Positions 1-8,290 of a stretch of 64,000 bases of DNA are shown one piece after another. The DNA comes from Candidatus Nealsonbacteria bacterium (GTDB lineage: Bacteria; Patescibacteriota; Minisyncoccia; Minisyncoccales; RBG-13-36-15). The stretch spans positions 37,225-101,224 of the forward strand of contig DRFQ01000001.1 in assembly GCA_011050465.1 (NCBI GenBank). The letters run 5' to 3'. The notes below the pieces were generated by a model. The model searched no databases. It worked only from the letters and a program-made list of their open reading frames with translations, and had not been told where the DNA came from. Each line of letters opens with the position of its first letter. Position 1 is the first letter of the stretch. The position numbers were made by a program, and so were the translations under genes.

Positions 1-387
1 CACGGCCGGAGAAACTTCTTTGACAACTTCGATTACCGTCTTTTCGCCTAGAGTTTGAGGAAGATATGGGGAAGTTTCTTCTTTGTCGGTTGTTTGAGGC
101 TGAATTTTATCGGGTCGAAAAAATCCAATATTGAACTCTTGAAGGTAATCTTTTAATTCTGAAGAAAAAAAACTTCCTGATATGGCTCCAGCTAAAAAAC
201 CAAATATTGAAGAAATAAATATACTTAAAATAACCATCCAGAAAATTTGGTTTTTCCAGAATTTTATTTTATGAAATGAAGTCTTATATTTTTTAATTCC
301 GTTAGAAATCCCCGTTGATTTTTTTTCTTTGGATTTCTTCAAAAAATTTCTAACGGGGTTAAACTTTGGTAATTGATAAAATGACAT
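1..387 (-). CDS. partial CDS (N-terminal part, runs off the window start): membrane-anchored protein, possibly HtrA/DegP-type serine protease
   Basis: My own minus-strand translation from the ATG at 385-387 gives MSFYQLPKFNPVRNFLKK..., one TM helix (IFWMVILSIFISSIFGFLAGAISG), then ...GEKTVIEVVKEVSPAV, open to base 1. The VVxxVxPAV segment resembles the start of HtrA-like protease domains. Absent from the ORF track because it is truncated. Confidence 0.4.
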   Translation of the reverse strand, partial: MSFYQLPKFNPVRNFLKKSKEKKSTGISNGIKKYKTSFHKIKFWKNQIFWMVILSIFISSIFGFLAGAISGSFFSSELKDYLQEFNIGFFRPDKIQPQTTDKEETSPYLPQTLGEKTVIEVVKEVSPAV

Positions 388-429
388 AGATTTTTGAAAT
401 TAATTTTTTGGACAATTTAAAAATTTATT

Positions 430-1149
430 TCAAGTTTTTTTTAAATTTTGGTGGTTTTTATCAGATTTGTGGTATTTAAAGATGTCTGATTTAAATTTGG
501 CAAAAAAAAGCATATAAAGACCAGTAAGAAGAAATATTGAATATGTCTTAAATCTTCCTTCCCTCTCAAATCTCCGTACAGAAGTTAAAACTGAAGGCAC
601 TTTTGTTAAAAAACCAAACTTACCATGTTTTGCTCCTTCGCGAGCATAAGCATGATCTTCACCAATGGTTATACTTTCATCAAAGCCACCGATTTGTTGG
701 TGGATTTCTTTTTTAATTAAAATGGTTTGGGTGACATGGGGCAGAAATCTCTGAGTTGCCCAGGCAAAGCAATTATAGATACCGTATAAAATTTTATCTA
801 TTATATTCCCCTGAGGATAAACTGGATAAGAAGCTAAGTCTAATTTTCTTTTTTTAAATTCTCGAATTAATTCGGCAAAAAAATTCGAGGGCAGGACGGA
901 ATCAGCATCAATAAAAAACAATAAATCTCCATGGGCGATTTTGGTTCCTTCGTTTCTTCCTTTGGATGGCGATCCTCCAGAGATCACTTTACAGCCGTAA
1001 TTCTTGGCAATTTCTCGAGTTTTATCTTTAGATCCACCGTCAGCCACAATAATTTCGTACTCTTCTTCAAACTCTTGGCTCTTAATAGATTGTATTAAAG
1101 ATTCAAGGTATTTTACTTCGTTCAGGACTGGAATAATAATGCTTAACAT
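430..1149 (-). CDS. family 2 glycosyltransferase
   Basis: 239 aa. The N-terminus MLSIIIPVLNE...ADGGSKDKT...FIDADS is the typical GT2 (GT-A, DxD) signature. Confidence 0.85.
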   Translation of the reverse strand: MLSIIIPVLNEVKYLESLIQSIKSQEFEEEYEIIVADGGSKDKTREIAKNYGCKVISGGSPSKGRNEGTKIAHGDLLFFIDADSVLPSNFFAELIREFKKRKLDLASYPVYPQGNIIDKILYGIYNCFAWATQRFLPHVTQTILIKKEIHQQIGGFDESITIGEDHAYAREGAKHGKFGFLTKVPSVLTSVRRFEREGRFKTYSIFLLTGLYMLFFAKFKSDIFKYHKSDKNHQNLKKT

Positions 1150-1151
1150 TT

Positions 1152-1820
1152 TTAAGATTTATTTATTTTTTTAACAACAAATAATACCTGCTGAGTTATA
1201 AGGAGCGAGGGATATTTCTTTTTATAAATAACTTTGAGGTTCGCTTTTTCAAAAATTTTTTCCCATTCAGAAATTTTTTTAAAATTAAACGGCATATTGG
1301 TAGTTTCTTTCACGAATTTAGTCAAAAGACAAAACGCCAAATTCGTAACTATATCTTTAAAATAAAGTACGAATCTGCCAAAGCTTAAACTATATACGTC
1401 TTCAATGATAATTATTTTATCTTTTGTTACTCGAGCAGTTTCTTTTAAAACTTCTACGGGTTTTTCACAGTGATGAAGAACGCATATCAAGAAAGACACA
1501 TCGAAATTATCTGCAAGAAATGGTATCTTTTTGCCGTCATAGAGAACCAACTTAAAATCAGTCTGATTGAAATCAATCACATCTAAAAGAGTAATCTTTG
1601 CGTCTTTCCTCTTTTGGAGTTCCCTGCTAATCCATCCTCCTCCCGCCCCAATATCTAAAACTTTTTCTCCTGGTTCGATAAACTCTTCGAAAACATCTAC
1701 TGTTTTCGCGGTCATGTGTTTTATTATTCTATCCAGCAATGATCTCAAAGGAAGATAACGGTAATATTTGTTTTTAAGGGTGAATTCTTTGCTCATTATT
1801 TTTCTTACCAGATAGTGCAC
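1152..1820 (-). CDS. class I SAM-dependent methyltransferase
   Basis: VLDIGAGGGW glycine-rich SAM-binding motif I. The track start at 1820 is a GTG inside a hairpin, so the ATG at 1796 (MSKEFTLKN...) is a more likely start. Confidence 0.8.
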   Translation of the reverse strand: MHYLVRKIMSKEFTLKNKYYRYLPLRSLLDRIIKHMTAKTVDVFEEFIEPGEKVLDIGAGGGWISRELQKRKDAKITLLDVIDFNQTDFKLVLYDGKKIPFLADNFDVSFLICVLHHCEKPVEVLKETARVTKDKIIIIEDVYSLSFGRFVLYFKDIVTNLAFCLLTKFVKETTNMPFNFKKISEWEKIFEKANLKVIYKKKYPSLLITQQVLFVVKKINKS

Positions 1821-1836
1821 TCGCTTCGCTCGTGCA

Positions 1837-2061
1837 CTATCTCCCTTCGGACAGCCCCTTTGTTAAAGAGGCTGGGTCGTCTCGGGTTTTCTCGCCTATC
1901 TGGTCCAGCCTCTCAACTGAAAGTTGAGGGCTGTCGGAATTTGATTTATTCAAATTCCGAGACGAAGAAATAAATAAATTTTTAGCTGCCTCCCAAATTT
2001 CCGGCTGGTTTTGTTTTGTTTTCATCCAGAACCACCATTCGTCGCTTCGTTCCTTAGACAC
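1837..2061 (-). pseudogene. fragment duplicating the C-terminus of the adjacent glycoside hydrolase
   Basis: The 74-aa ORF begins ...DEWWFWMKTKQNQPEIWEAAKNLF. This parallels the end of the upstream 351-aa protein (AEWWFWMKSVQNNSQIWDEARNLF). The 19-nt string CATCCAGAACCACCATTCG is identical at 2023-2041 and 2228-2246. There is no convincing start or SD. Confidence 0.5.
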
Positions 2062-2155
2062 CTTCGGTTTCTAACGGTCGCCTTCGGCGACCTGTTTTTC
2101 CACCACGGGGAGATACCCAATCTCCCCGACCCCCTCTTTGCGAATGGTGGTTCTG
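2027..2155. repeat. structured element, copy A, bounded by a 15-bp perfect inverted repeat
   Basis: CAGAACCACCATTCG (2027-2041) pairs with CGAATGGTGGTTCTG (2141-2155). The interior has hairpins GGTCGCC-TTC-GGCGACC and GGGGAGA-TACCCAA-TCTCCCC. Confidence 0.8.
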
Positions 2156-2158
2156 AAT

Positions 2159-3214
2159 CTATTGTTCTTGGGTAAGAAATAGATTTCTTGCTTCATCCCA
2201 TATCTGAGAATTATTCTGAACACTCTTCATCCAGAACCACCATTCGGCTCCCCATAAATAAAACTCCTTGAAGCCGGTTCTTTTAGCAAATTCAATATTT
2301 TCTTTAAATTGAGTTGGATTCATTGTCTTTTGTTGCTCTTCAATTGGTGAATCATAAAGTAGTTTTTTCCCCCAAGGTTCAGCTTGAAGCTCAATTACTA
2401 TGACTTCTTTGCCAAATATTTTTTTAATAATCTGGGCTTTCCGCCAGTAAAAAGTTGGAGGAAAAGGATAATGTATATACATCCCTATCTGTCTAAACCC
2501 TCCTAAGTTTTTTTTCAAAAAATTTGGGAGGGTAAACCAGACCTTTTTATACATTGTCGTGCCTATGATATCTCCAAATCTGGCAGCTGTAATCCACAGG
2601 GACCCTTCTCCGCTATCTGAAATAATAACCGGCCTCTTTAAACGGTCTATAGATTTTACCAGTTCTATCTCTTTTTTCAAGAACACTTTATCAACCCAGG
2701 GACACTCGCCAAAAGGAAAAAATGGTTCGTTCTCTATTTGCCAATACTTGATGGTTTCTGAATTTTTATATCTATTAACAATTTTTTCTAACATTCTCAA
2801 AATCTTTTTTTGTTGCTGGTCTTTCGTTAGATTTTTTGCCCAATTGGGAGTGTGGCATTCCGGCCAGCGAGGAGTTTTCATGCCAATCGCTAAAAGAATT
2901 TGAGCTTCTCTTTTCTCGGCCTCCTCTATTTGCCAATCTAAGTCTCCAAAATTAAAATTTCCATCTTCTGGCTCAATTGAATCCCAGTGGGCGGCTACTT
3001 TCAAATTTTTTACTTCCAAATCATCAAGTAAGGCCAAATAGGTTTCTTGCCAATCTAATCCTAAAAGACTGGCGTGTTTTTGGGAAAAATTAACTCCCCA
3101 AATAATATCTTTAGCTATTGGCGGCTTCCCGATGAAAAGATAACCGGCAAAGACCAAAAGTAAAACAAAAATTCCCAATAGAATATATTTTAAAATCTTC
3201 TTAAATTTTTTCAT
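2159..3214 (-). CDS. membrane-anchored glycoside hydrolase (clan GH-A / GH5-like TIM barrel)
   Basis: 351 aa with an N-terminal TM helix. It has an ...YWQIENEPF motif (the NEP catalytic acid/base typical of GH-A enzymes). Confidence 0.55.
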   Translation of the reverse strand: MKKFKKILKYILLGIFVLLLVFAGYLFIGKPPIAKDIIWGVNFSQKHASLLGLDWQETYLALLDDLEVKNLKVAAHWDSIEPEDGNFNFGDLDWQIEEAEKREAQILLAIGMKTPRWPECHTPNWAKNLTKDQQQKKILRMLEKIVNRYKNSETIKYWQIENEPFFPFGECPWVDKVFLKKEIELVKSIDRLKRPVIISDSGEGSLWITAARFGDIIGTTMYKKVWFTLPNFLKKNLGGFRQIGMYIHYPFPPTFYWRKAQIIKKIFGKEVIVIELQAEPWGKKLLYDSPIEEQQKTMNPTQFKENIEFAKRTGFKEFYLWGAEWWFWMKSVQNNSQIWDEARNLFLTQEQ

Positions 3215-4122
3215 TTAAAAACCAATATTACTAGCCCTACGGCTATCAATAAAATAGCAGTTATTTTCTGGAAGATAATTTTTTTTGAAATGTCTTCTCT
3301 TATAATTTGGGGAAGTTTCAGGGAAAGAATAATAGTAAAAATTAGTAAAAATACATATTGTGTTCCCTGGAGAGCGCTAATCACGGCAACATAAACTAAA
3401 GGCGCGAGAGCTATCGACCAATTTTGTAATATATTGGCGCTGGCGCCCAGTCCTTGATTGAAAAGGAAAAGGCCCGCCGTTTTTTTTGGGAAAGCCTGTT
3501 TCGTTCTAAAAACCTCTCGTCTAACTTCTTTATAAATAAGAAAAAAAACAGCCGCCGTCAATACTCCCCCTAGTCTTATCAAGATGTATCCCGACCAAAA
3601 GGGCTGAGTTAAATAAACGTATTTTGTTAAAACAAAAGATAAAGCAAAGAAAAAAGCAGCAATAATTGAGATACCCAAACACTTTAAAGGAATTTTTTTA
3701 GCTCCTTCATAGGTTATCAAAATACTACCTGTAATTAGTAATAAAAGAGCTATAAGATCTTTTGGCGCTAAAACCTCTTGTCCCTGAGAAAAAATATAGG
3801 TAAAACCCAGGGCAAATAAAGGCGAGATACCGCCGACAGCCGGTATGATCCGCGAGGCTTCAAAAATCTGCAGGCCCTTAAAGAACCAAAATAAAGAATA
3901 AATAAAAATAGCTCCTGCCAAAAAGGCCAGAATAATTTGGGAAATTGCTGGGACCGAGAAGCCGACAAAGGGCAAAAGTAATATGGCAAGAATTCCTAAT
4001 CCTCCAACATAAAAAGAATAAACCTTTGGGTTGGGTATTTTTTTAACTAAAAGATATTTATCTATTAAAAAGGCGACGGCAAGAATTAAATAAGCTGAAA
4101 TGGCAGTGATTAACCACAACAT
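3211..4122 (-). CDS. polytopic membrane protein, EamA/DMT-type permease-like
   Basis: 303 aa, about 10 hydrophobic helices in two halves. It overlaps the downstream gene by 4 nt (operon coupling). Confidence 0.5.
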   Translation of the reverse strand: MLWLITAISAYLILAVAFLIDKYLLVKKIPNPKVYSFYVGGLGILAILLLPFVGFSVPAISQIILAFLAGAIFIYSLFWFFKGLQIFEASRIIPAVGGISPLFALGFTYIFSQGQEVLAPKDLIALLLLITGSILITYEGAKKIPLKCLGISIIAAFFFALSFVLTKYVYLTQPFWSGYILIRLGGVLTAAVFFLIYKEVRREVFRTKQAFPKKTAGLFLFNQGLGASANILQNWSIALAPLVYVAVISALQGTQYVFLLIFTIILSLKLPQIIREDISKKIIFQKITAILLIAVGLVILVFK

Positions 4123-4157
4123 ATTTTTTTACCCACACACTAATTTTGCGAGAAAAT

Positions 4158-5522
4158 TTAGTACGGGGTCTGCACTATACGTTTGATATTATAAGTTCCT
4201 AATTTTTCTCCTTCTATAAAGCCCTGCATAGCGAACTCGGCAAGATAACCTTTCTCCAGCCAGTCAAAAAGCCACTGATTGGTATAGGCTGGGTTTTCCT
4301 GTAGAATACCAAAGCCCGATTTTAAAAGCCATCTCATATTAAATTCTTCTTGAGAACCGATTGGCGGGGCGATAATTATCGGCAATCCCAGGGCAGAATA
4401 AAAAGAAAGCTCTGATGGCTTTGTCCATAAAATATCGGTCTTTCTTAAGGCACGATTAAAATCTTGGAAATAACCCCCAATATCTTTTTCAAAAATTATT
4501 TCAACGTTTTTTTGTAAATACTCTTTGAGGCCTAATTTTTCTATATTTTTTTCAAAATATTCTCTTACTTTTTCTCTAATACCGGCTGCTAAAATTATTT
4601 TAATTTCATTTTTTTTGATTTTTTTAGCCAGGCTTTGAATAATCTTTATTCCAATTTCTTTTTGAGCTCCGGCTCCGCCAACAACAAACATTATTGTTAA
4701 AGAATGGTCAGGTTTTTCAGCTAATTTACCCAATTTTTTTTCAATTAATATGCTGTATTTTTCGAAATATTTTTTTTGGGGGTCTAAGTTCAGCATTCTA
4801 TATCTCAGGTCGGCTCTTAAAGTGTCCAATTTTACGCCCCCGATATTTTCCGAGGGCAAAGGAAAACCGGTCAAAAAGATATTCTTTGGTTTCACCCCAT
4901 ATAGCTTTAATCTTTCTACTACTCTTGTGGTTGGAGCAAAATACTTAATTTTGCTCGATCTTGGTTTTAAAGAAACCCAAGCCCTGGAAATGTCAGCATC
5001 GCAAATTACACAAAAAATTTCGCCTGGATAATTAAAAAATTCGGCCATAAAAGCTGGAATAAAAAAGGTGCTGATTAGAAAAAGAGGTTTTTGTTTGAGT
5101 CTCTCAATGAAATGCTTCCCCCAGTCTCTTTTGATTAAGGAAAAGACTTGTTTTAGTTGAAAGCTTGGCTTTGATAAATCTCTTTTTGGATAAAAACTAA
5201 GAATCTTCTGAAATTGATCAAAGATAAAAAAAACAGCCCGACCAATTAAGGGAATTCTTTTGAAAATTGAAACAAATTCGTAGAACTTCTTTGTGCTCTC
5301 CCAAATTTTTCGATCTTTCTCCGGAATCCCTTGATAGTCGTTGGCATTAATAATTTTCCCTTCAGGAGATAGTCCCTTTAAGGGGTGGGCTGTTCTCTGA
5401 TGGCCATAGCCCATATTTACAGATATTATCCAGGCCCGCCTAAATTTTTGGGATATTTCCTGATTCCTTATTATTTCTGACGACTTATTCAAAAATTTAG
5501 GTGGGCAGGCTTTTTGCTTCAT
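4158..5522 (-). CDS. putative glycosyltransferase (GT-B, MGDG-synthase/MurG-like); weak call
   Basis: 454 aa. It has an NMGYGHQRTAHPL motif near the N-terminus and a VVGGAGAQKE glycine-rich motif mid-protein, as in GT28-like enzymes. The assignment comes from motif memory only. Confidence 0.35.
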   Translation of the reverse strand: MKQKACPPKFLNKSSEIIRNQEISQKFRRAWIISVNMGYGHQRTAHPLKGLSPEGKIINANDYQGIPEKDRKIWESTKKFYEFVSIFKRIPLIGRAVFFIFDQFQKILSFYPKRDLSKPSFQLKQVFSLIKRDWGKHFIERLKQKPLFLISTFFIPAFMAEFFNYPGEIFCVICDADISRAWVSLKPRSSKIKYFAPTTRVVERLKLYGVKPKNIFLTGFPLPSENIGGVKLDTLRADLRYRMLNLDPQKKYFEKYSILIEKKLGKLAEKPDHSLTIMFVVGGAGAQKEIGIKIIQSLAKKIKKNEIKIILAAGIREKVREYFEKNIEKLGLKEYLQKNVEIIFEKDIGGYFQDFNRALRKTDILWTKPSELSFYSALGLPIIIAPPIGSQEEFNMRWLLKSGFGILQENPAYTNQWLFDWLEKGYLAEFAMQGFIEGEKLGTYNIKRIVQTPY

Positions 5523-5544
5523 AGGTTTATTTTAGCATACTTAT

Positions 5545-5617
5545 CCCCACACCAAATGAGGACTAATTTTGTTAATTCAGGTGTCTCCAGCGTCTTGTCC
5601 TCGTTGTGGTGTGGGGG
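5545..5617 (-). terminator. hairpin of the CCCCACACCA family immediately downstream of comEC
   Basis: CCCCACACCAAATGAGGAC (5545-5563) pairs with GTCCTCGTTGTGGTGTGGGG (5597-5616). It is related in sequence to 52826-52894. Confidence 0.6.
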
Positions 5618-7114
5618 TCAGTAATTTAAAAATCTTAGTTTTTGTTTTTCTTGTAATCGCCAAATAAAATAAACCAAAATTAAATAGGAAATTATCAGCC
5701 AAATCCAAGAGATTTCTAAGGTCAAAGAGGCCAAAGGTATCTGAGAGAACCAATCAACTATTTTTGTCACATAGTTTAGTAGGAACCAGGCTGGCCAGGA
5801 AAGAATCCAGCCCAAGGGCTGCCAAAATATGCCAATTAAAGCAGAAATAAAACCGAAAATCATAATCCAGTAAAGTAGAGGGACAATTAAAATATTGGCG
5901 GAAACCCCGACTAAAGACATTCTGCCAAAATTATAGACCAAAATTGGCAAGGTGAAAATCTGAGCAGAGAGAGTCATAGCTAGAATACTTCTCAAATTAA
6001 AAAATCTCTCTTCGGGAATAAATCTTAACCATTCCCTAAAGATTGGCAAAAGATAAATTATGCCCATCATTGCCAAAAAAGAAAGCTGAAAGCCAACGTC
6101 TAATCTTAAAAGCAAAGGGTTTAGGACTAACATTACAGCCGCAGCAAAGACAATTGTCCGAGAAGAAGTATTCATTCTCCCTACATGTTGGGCCAAGAGA
6201 AAGAGGCCGGCCATAATCCCAGCTCGAATGGCTGATGATTGAAGGCCGGTCATTATAATAAAAAGGGCAATTAAAACTATTGAGAAATAAAATGCTTGTT
6301 GGCGCCAAAAACCGAGACCAATTAATAAAGTCATCAGAATGCTGGCCAATATTGCCACGTGAAGTCCTGAAACAGCAGTAATATGCCTTACCCCAACGAT
6401 ATTTAACTTTTCTTTAAGATCATCTGACATTTTCCTCTTGTCTCCCAAAACCATAGCTCCCAATATTGAGCTCTGGGGAGGAGATAAATTCCGATAAATA
6501 CTTTCTCTTAATTTATTTTTAAAAGATAAAATTTTAGCATAGAGGAAATTTCCTTGATCTTTCTCAATAACTTCAATTTCGGGAAAATACATCACAGAAT
6601 AAATTCCATCTTTCTTTAGATAGTCTTTATAATTAAAATCTTCGAATTGCTGTGGGGTTTCTAATTTCCCGGCAATTTTCAACTTGTCACCATATTCATA
6701 TTCAGGGTATCTACTAATTGTAACCAAAACCTTACCATTAACAAACAGAGGCCCGACCTCTGTTTCGATTGTTAGATTATCTATTGTTAATTTGATGCTT
6801 TTTTCTCTAACATCCGGCTCTGTTGTAATAATGCCTGCTAAAGTGACAGTTTCTTTTCGGTCGTTAAATATTCTCAATTCATTATTCGCAATTTTTAATT
6901 CAACCGCCTGATGTCGCCACGCCCCAGCCACTAAGAATAAAATACAGAAACCGATTATAACGATTTTTTTATGTGTCCAAAAAACCGAGATTAATAGAAT
7001 GCCTAAAATTACAATGCCCAGCATTAATAGCTGGGGAATGTAAATAAGAGAATTAATAAAAATGCCGCCGATAAAAGCAAGACAGAAATAAAAAAAGATT
7101 CTAGATTGCGTCAT
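5618..7114 (-). CDS. comEC: ComEC/Rec2 family DNA internalisation channel (no beta-lactamase domain)
   Basis: 498 aa. An N-terminal TM region and OB-like DUF4131 segment are followed by a competence domain with the VSGLHVAILA motif and many TM helices. Confidence 0.8.
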   Translation of the reverse strand: MTQSRIFFYFCLAFIGGIFINSLIYIPQLLMLGIVILGILLISVFWTHKKIVIIGFCILFLVAGAWRHQAVELKIANNELRIFNDRKETVTLAGIITTEPDVREKSIKLTIDNLTIETEVGPLFVNGKVLVTISRYPEYEYGDKLKIAGKLETPQQFEDFNYKDYLKKDGIYSVMYFPEIEVIEKDQGNFLYAKILSFKNKLRESIYRNLSPPQSSILGAMVLGDKRKMSDDLKEKLNIVGVRHITAVSGLHVAILASILMTLLIGLGFWRQQAFYFSIVLIALFIIMTGLQSSAIRAGIMAGLFLLAQHVGRMNTSSRTIVFAAAVMLVLNPLLLRLDVGFQLSFLAMMGIIYLLPIFREWLRFIPEERFFNLRSILAMTLSAQIFTLPILVYNFGRMSLVGVSANILIVPLLYWIMIFGFISALIGIFWQPLGWILSWPAWFLLNYVTKIVDWFSQIPLASLTLEISWIWLIISYLILVYFIWRLQEKQKLRFLNY

Positions 7115-7189
7115 TTTCTTATTCTATCATAATAAAAAACCCGAGAAAATTATTCTTGGGCAATGGGGAAAACTTAATTCTTAGTTCTT

Positions 7190-7223
7190 AAAAACAAAAA
7201 TGCCTCTGGCTGGTGCCTGAGGC
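7190..7223 (-). terminator. intrinsic terminator after the small 7245-7427 gene
   Basis: Minus-strand GCCTC-(12 nt loop)-GAGGC is followed by ATTTTTGTTTTT. Confidence 0.5.
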
Positions 7224-7244
7224 TTGAGGAAAAATAGCAATTTC

Positions 7245-7427
7245 TTAAGGAGACTTCCTTGTTCCGTCTGCCCTGATGAGTGGGTGGATAAATTGAACTT
7301 CCTTTTTCAGCTCATTGAGAACTGTAGTTATTCTTTTGCTTCTCTTGTTAGTGGCAATTTTCTCATTAAGTATTTCCAAAACTTCGTCTAACGCAGCTAC
7401 TGAAGATATTTCATCCAACATTTCCAC
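7245..7427 (-). CDS. small helical hypothetical protein (~60 aa)
   Basis: The ORF track gives 7245..7463. A strong SD (AGGAGGG at 7434-7440) sits 6 nt before the GTG at 7427 and 12 nt before the ATG at 7421. The gene has its own terminator. No homology recognised. Confidence 0.5.
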   Translation of the reverse strand: MEMLDEISSVAALDEVLEILNEKIATNKRSKRITTVLNELKKEVQFIHPLIRADGTRKSP

Positions 7428-7498
7428 GGAATTCCCTCCTTGATGAAACATGCTATTTACCAATACTTAACCCTATTGCATCCTTAGTTATTTGTCAA

Positions 7499-7600
7499 AC
7501 AAAAAACCGCCTTCTTGGCGATTGATAAAGTTAACTAACAACTAAAAACTATAAACTAAAAACTAGAAAAATGGGTCGTCTAGCGGATGAGATTAGAACC
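7499..7600. repeat. junction repeat J5: terminator module plus AT-rich TAAAAACT-type tract plus T-arm-like fragment
   Basis: 7499-7568 is near-identical to 48031-48100 (CAAAAAACCGCCTTCTTGGCGATTnATAAAGTTAACTAAnAACTAAAAACTATAAACTAA...). 7576-7600 (GTCGTCTAGCGGATGAGATTAGAACC) is related to 8291-8311. Confidence 0.8.
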
Positions 7601-7749
7601 TGTTTTTGTCTATTAAAAATAAAAAAACCCTGACTTCGTTGGAAGTAGAGGCATTAAATGTGCTATTAGAATCTTCTCCTATCGAGAAGTCTTTCGAGAT
7701 TATTGATAAGCATATTGCATCAGCAAGGCGAGAATTTACTCGATACCGA

Positions 7750-8172
7750 TTATCCTATTTCTTCAAATTGTACTTGTCCAGAAGGAAAAATCTTACCAAG
7801 TATCATTTTTACTTTTAGCTGAGGATATTTGCTCAAGATAATTTCTTTAGCTTTTTTCATTTCTGAAGCATGGAATTCGCATTCCTTTTTAAAGGAATCA
7901 AACTTAGAACTTCCTCCATATGCTCCACAATCTGTATGGTTAGATAAAATTATTTCGCTGATCCTGTGAAGATTAACCGAAATATCAATTTGGCTTAAGA
8001 TAAAAGCTCTGTCTGATGAGCTCTTAGGAGAAAGTAATGATTTTACTCCTCCTGCTACAGATACAATATCACAATCTCCTAATGCTCCTTGTCTTTCTAA
8101 GAGCTCTTTTATCGGTTTACCAAGCCTAAAATCCATACAGTGTAGTATAAAAGCTTTACAATGATGTTCCAT
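7750..8172 (-). CDS. beta-carbonic-anhydrase-like small protein
   Basis: 140 aa with HCMDFRL (CxDxR) and HTDCGA (HxxC) motifs. These are the zinc-ligand pattern of beta-class carbonic anhydrases, although the protein is shorter than canonical enzymes. Confidence 0.45.
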   Translation of the reverse strand: MEHHCKAFILHCMDFRLGKPIKELLERQGALGDCDIVSVAGGVKSLLSPKSSSDRAFILSQIDISVNLHRISEIILSNHTDCGAYGGSSKFDSFKKECEFHASEMKKAKEIILSKYPQLKVKMILGKIFPSGQVQFEEIG

Positions 8173-8254
8173 ATGCTTTTACCTCCTTGTCTCAATTCTT
8201 ATATTAACGAAATATTTATAAAAGTCAACCTTATCTAGAATTTAATGCCTTGCT

Positions 8255-8283
8255 AAACAAAAACCCCGCCAATTAAGGCAGGG
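8255..8283 (-). terminator. intrinsic terminator downstream of nrdG
   Basis: Minus-strand CCCTGCC-TTAATT-GGCGGGG is followed by TTTTTGTTT. Confidence 0.55.
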
Positions 8284-8290
8284 TAGGCAG

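Noticed and set aside
5618-5620. Alternative genetic code (UGA recoding, as in some uncultivated lineages)
   Set aside because: Conserved genes end at TGA, TAA and TAG at the expected protein lengths (for example comEC ends with TGA). Long ORFs need no read-through under the standard bacterial code. The single in-frame TAG in the Avd-like gene is better explained as a point mutation.
7606-7818. 70-aa plus-strand ORF with TTG start overlapping the 3' end of the carbonic-anhydrase-like gene
   Set aside because: It has a non-ATG start without SD, runs into the convergent gene, and has a Phe/Tyr/Leu-rich tail typical of AT-rich noise. The first ~40 residues look protein-like and may be a relic, but it is not supportable as a gene.
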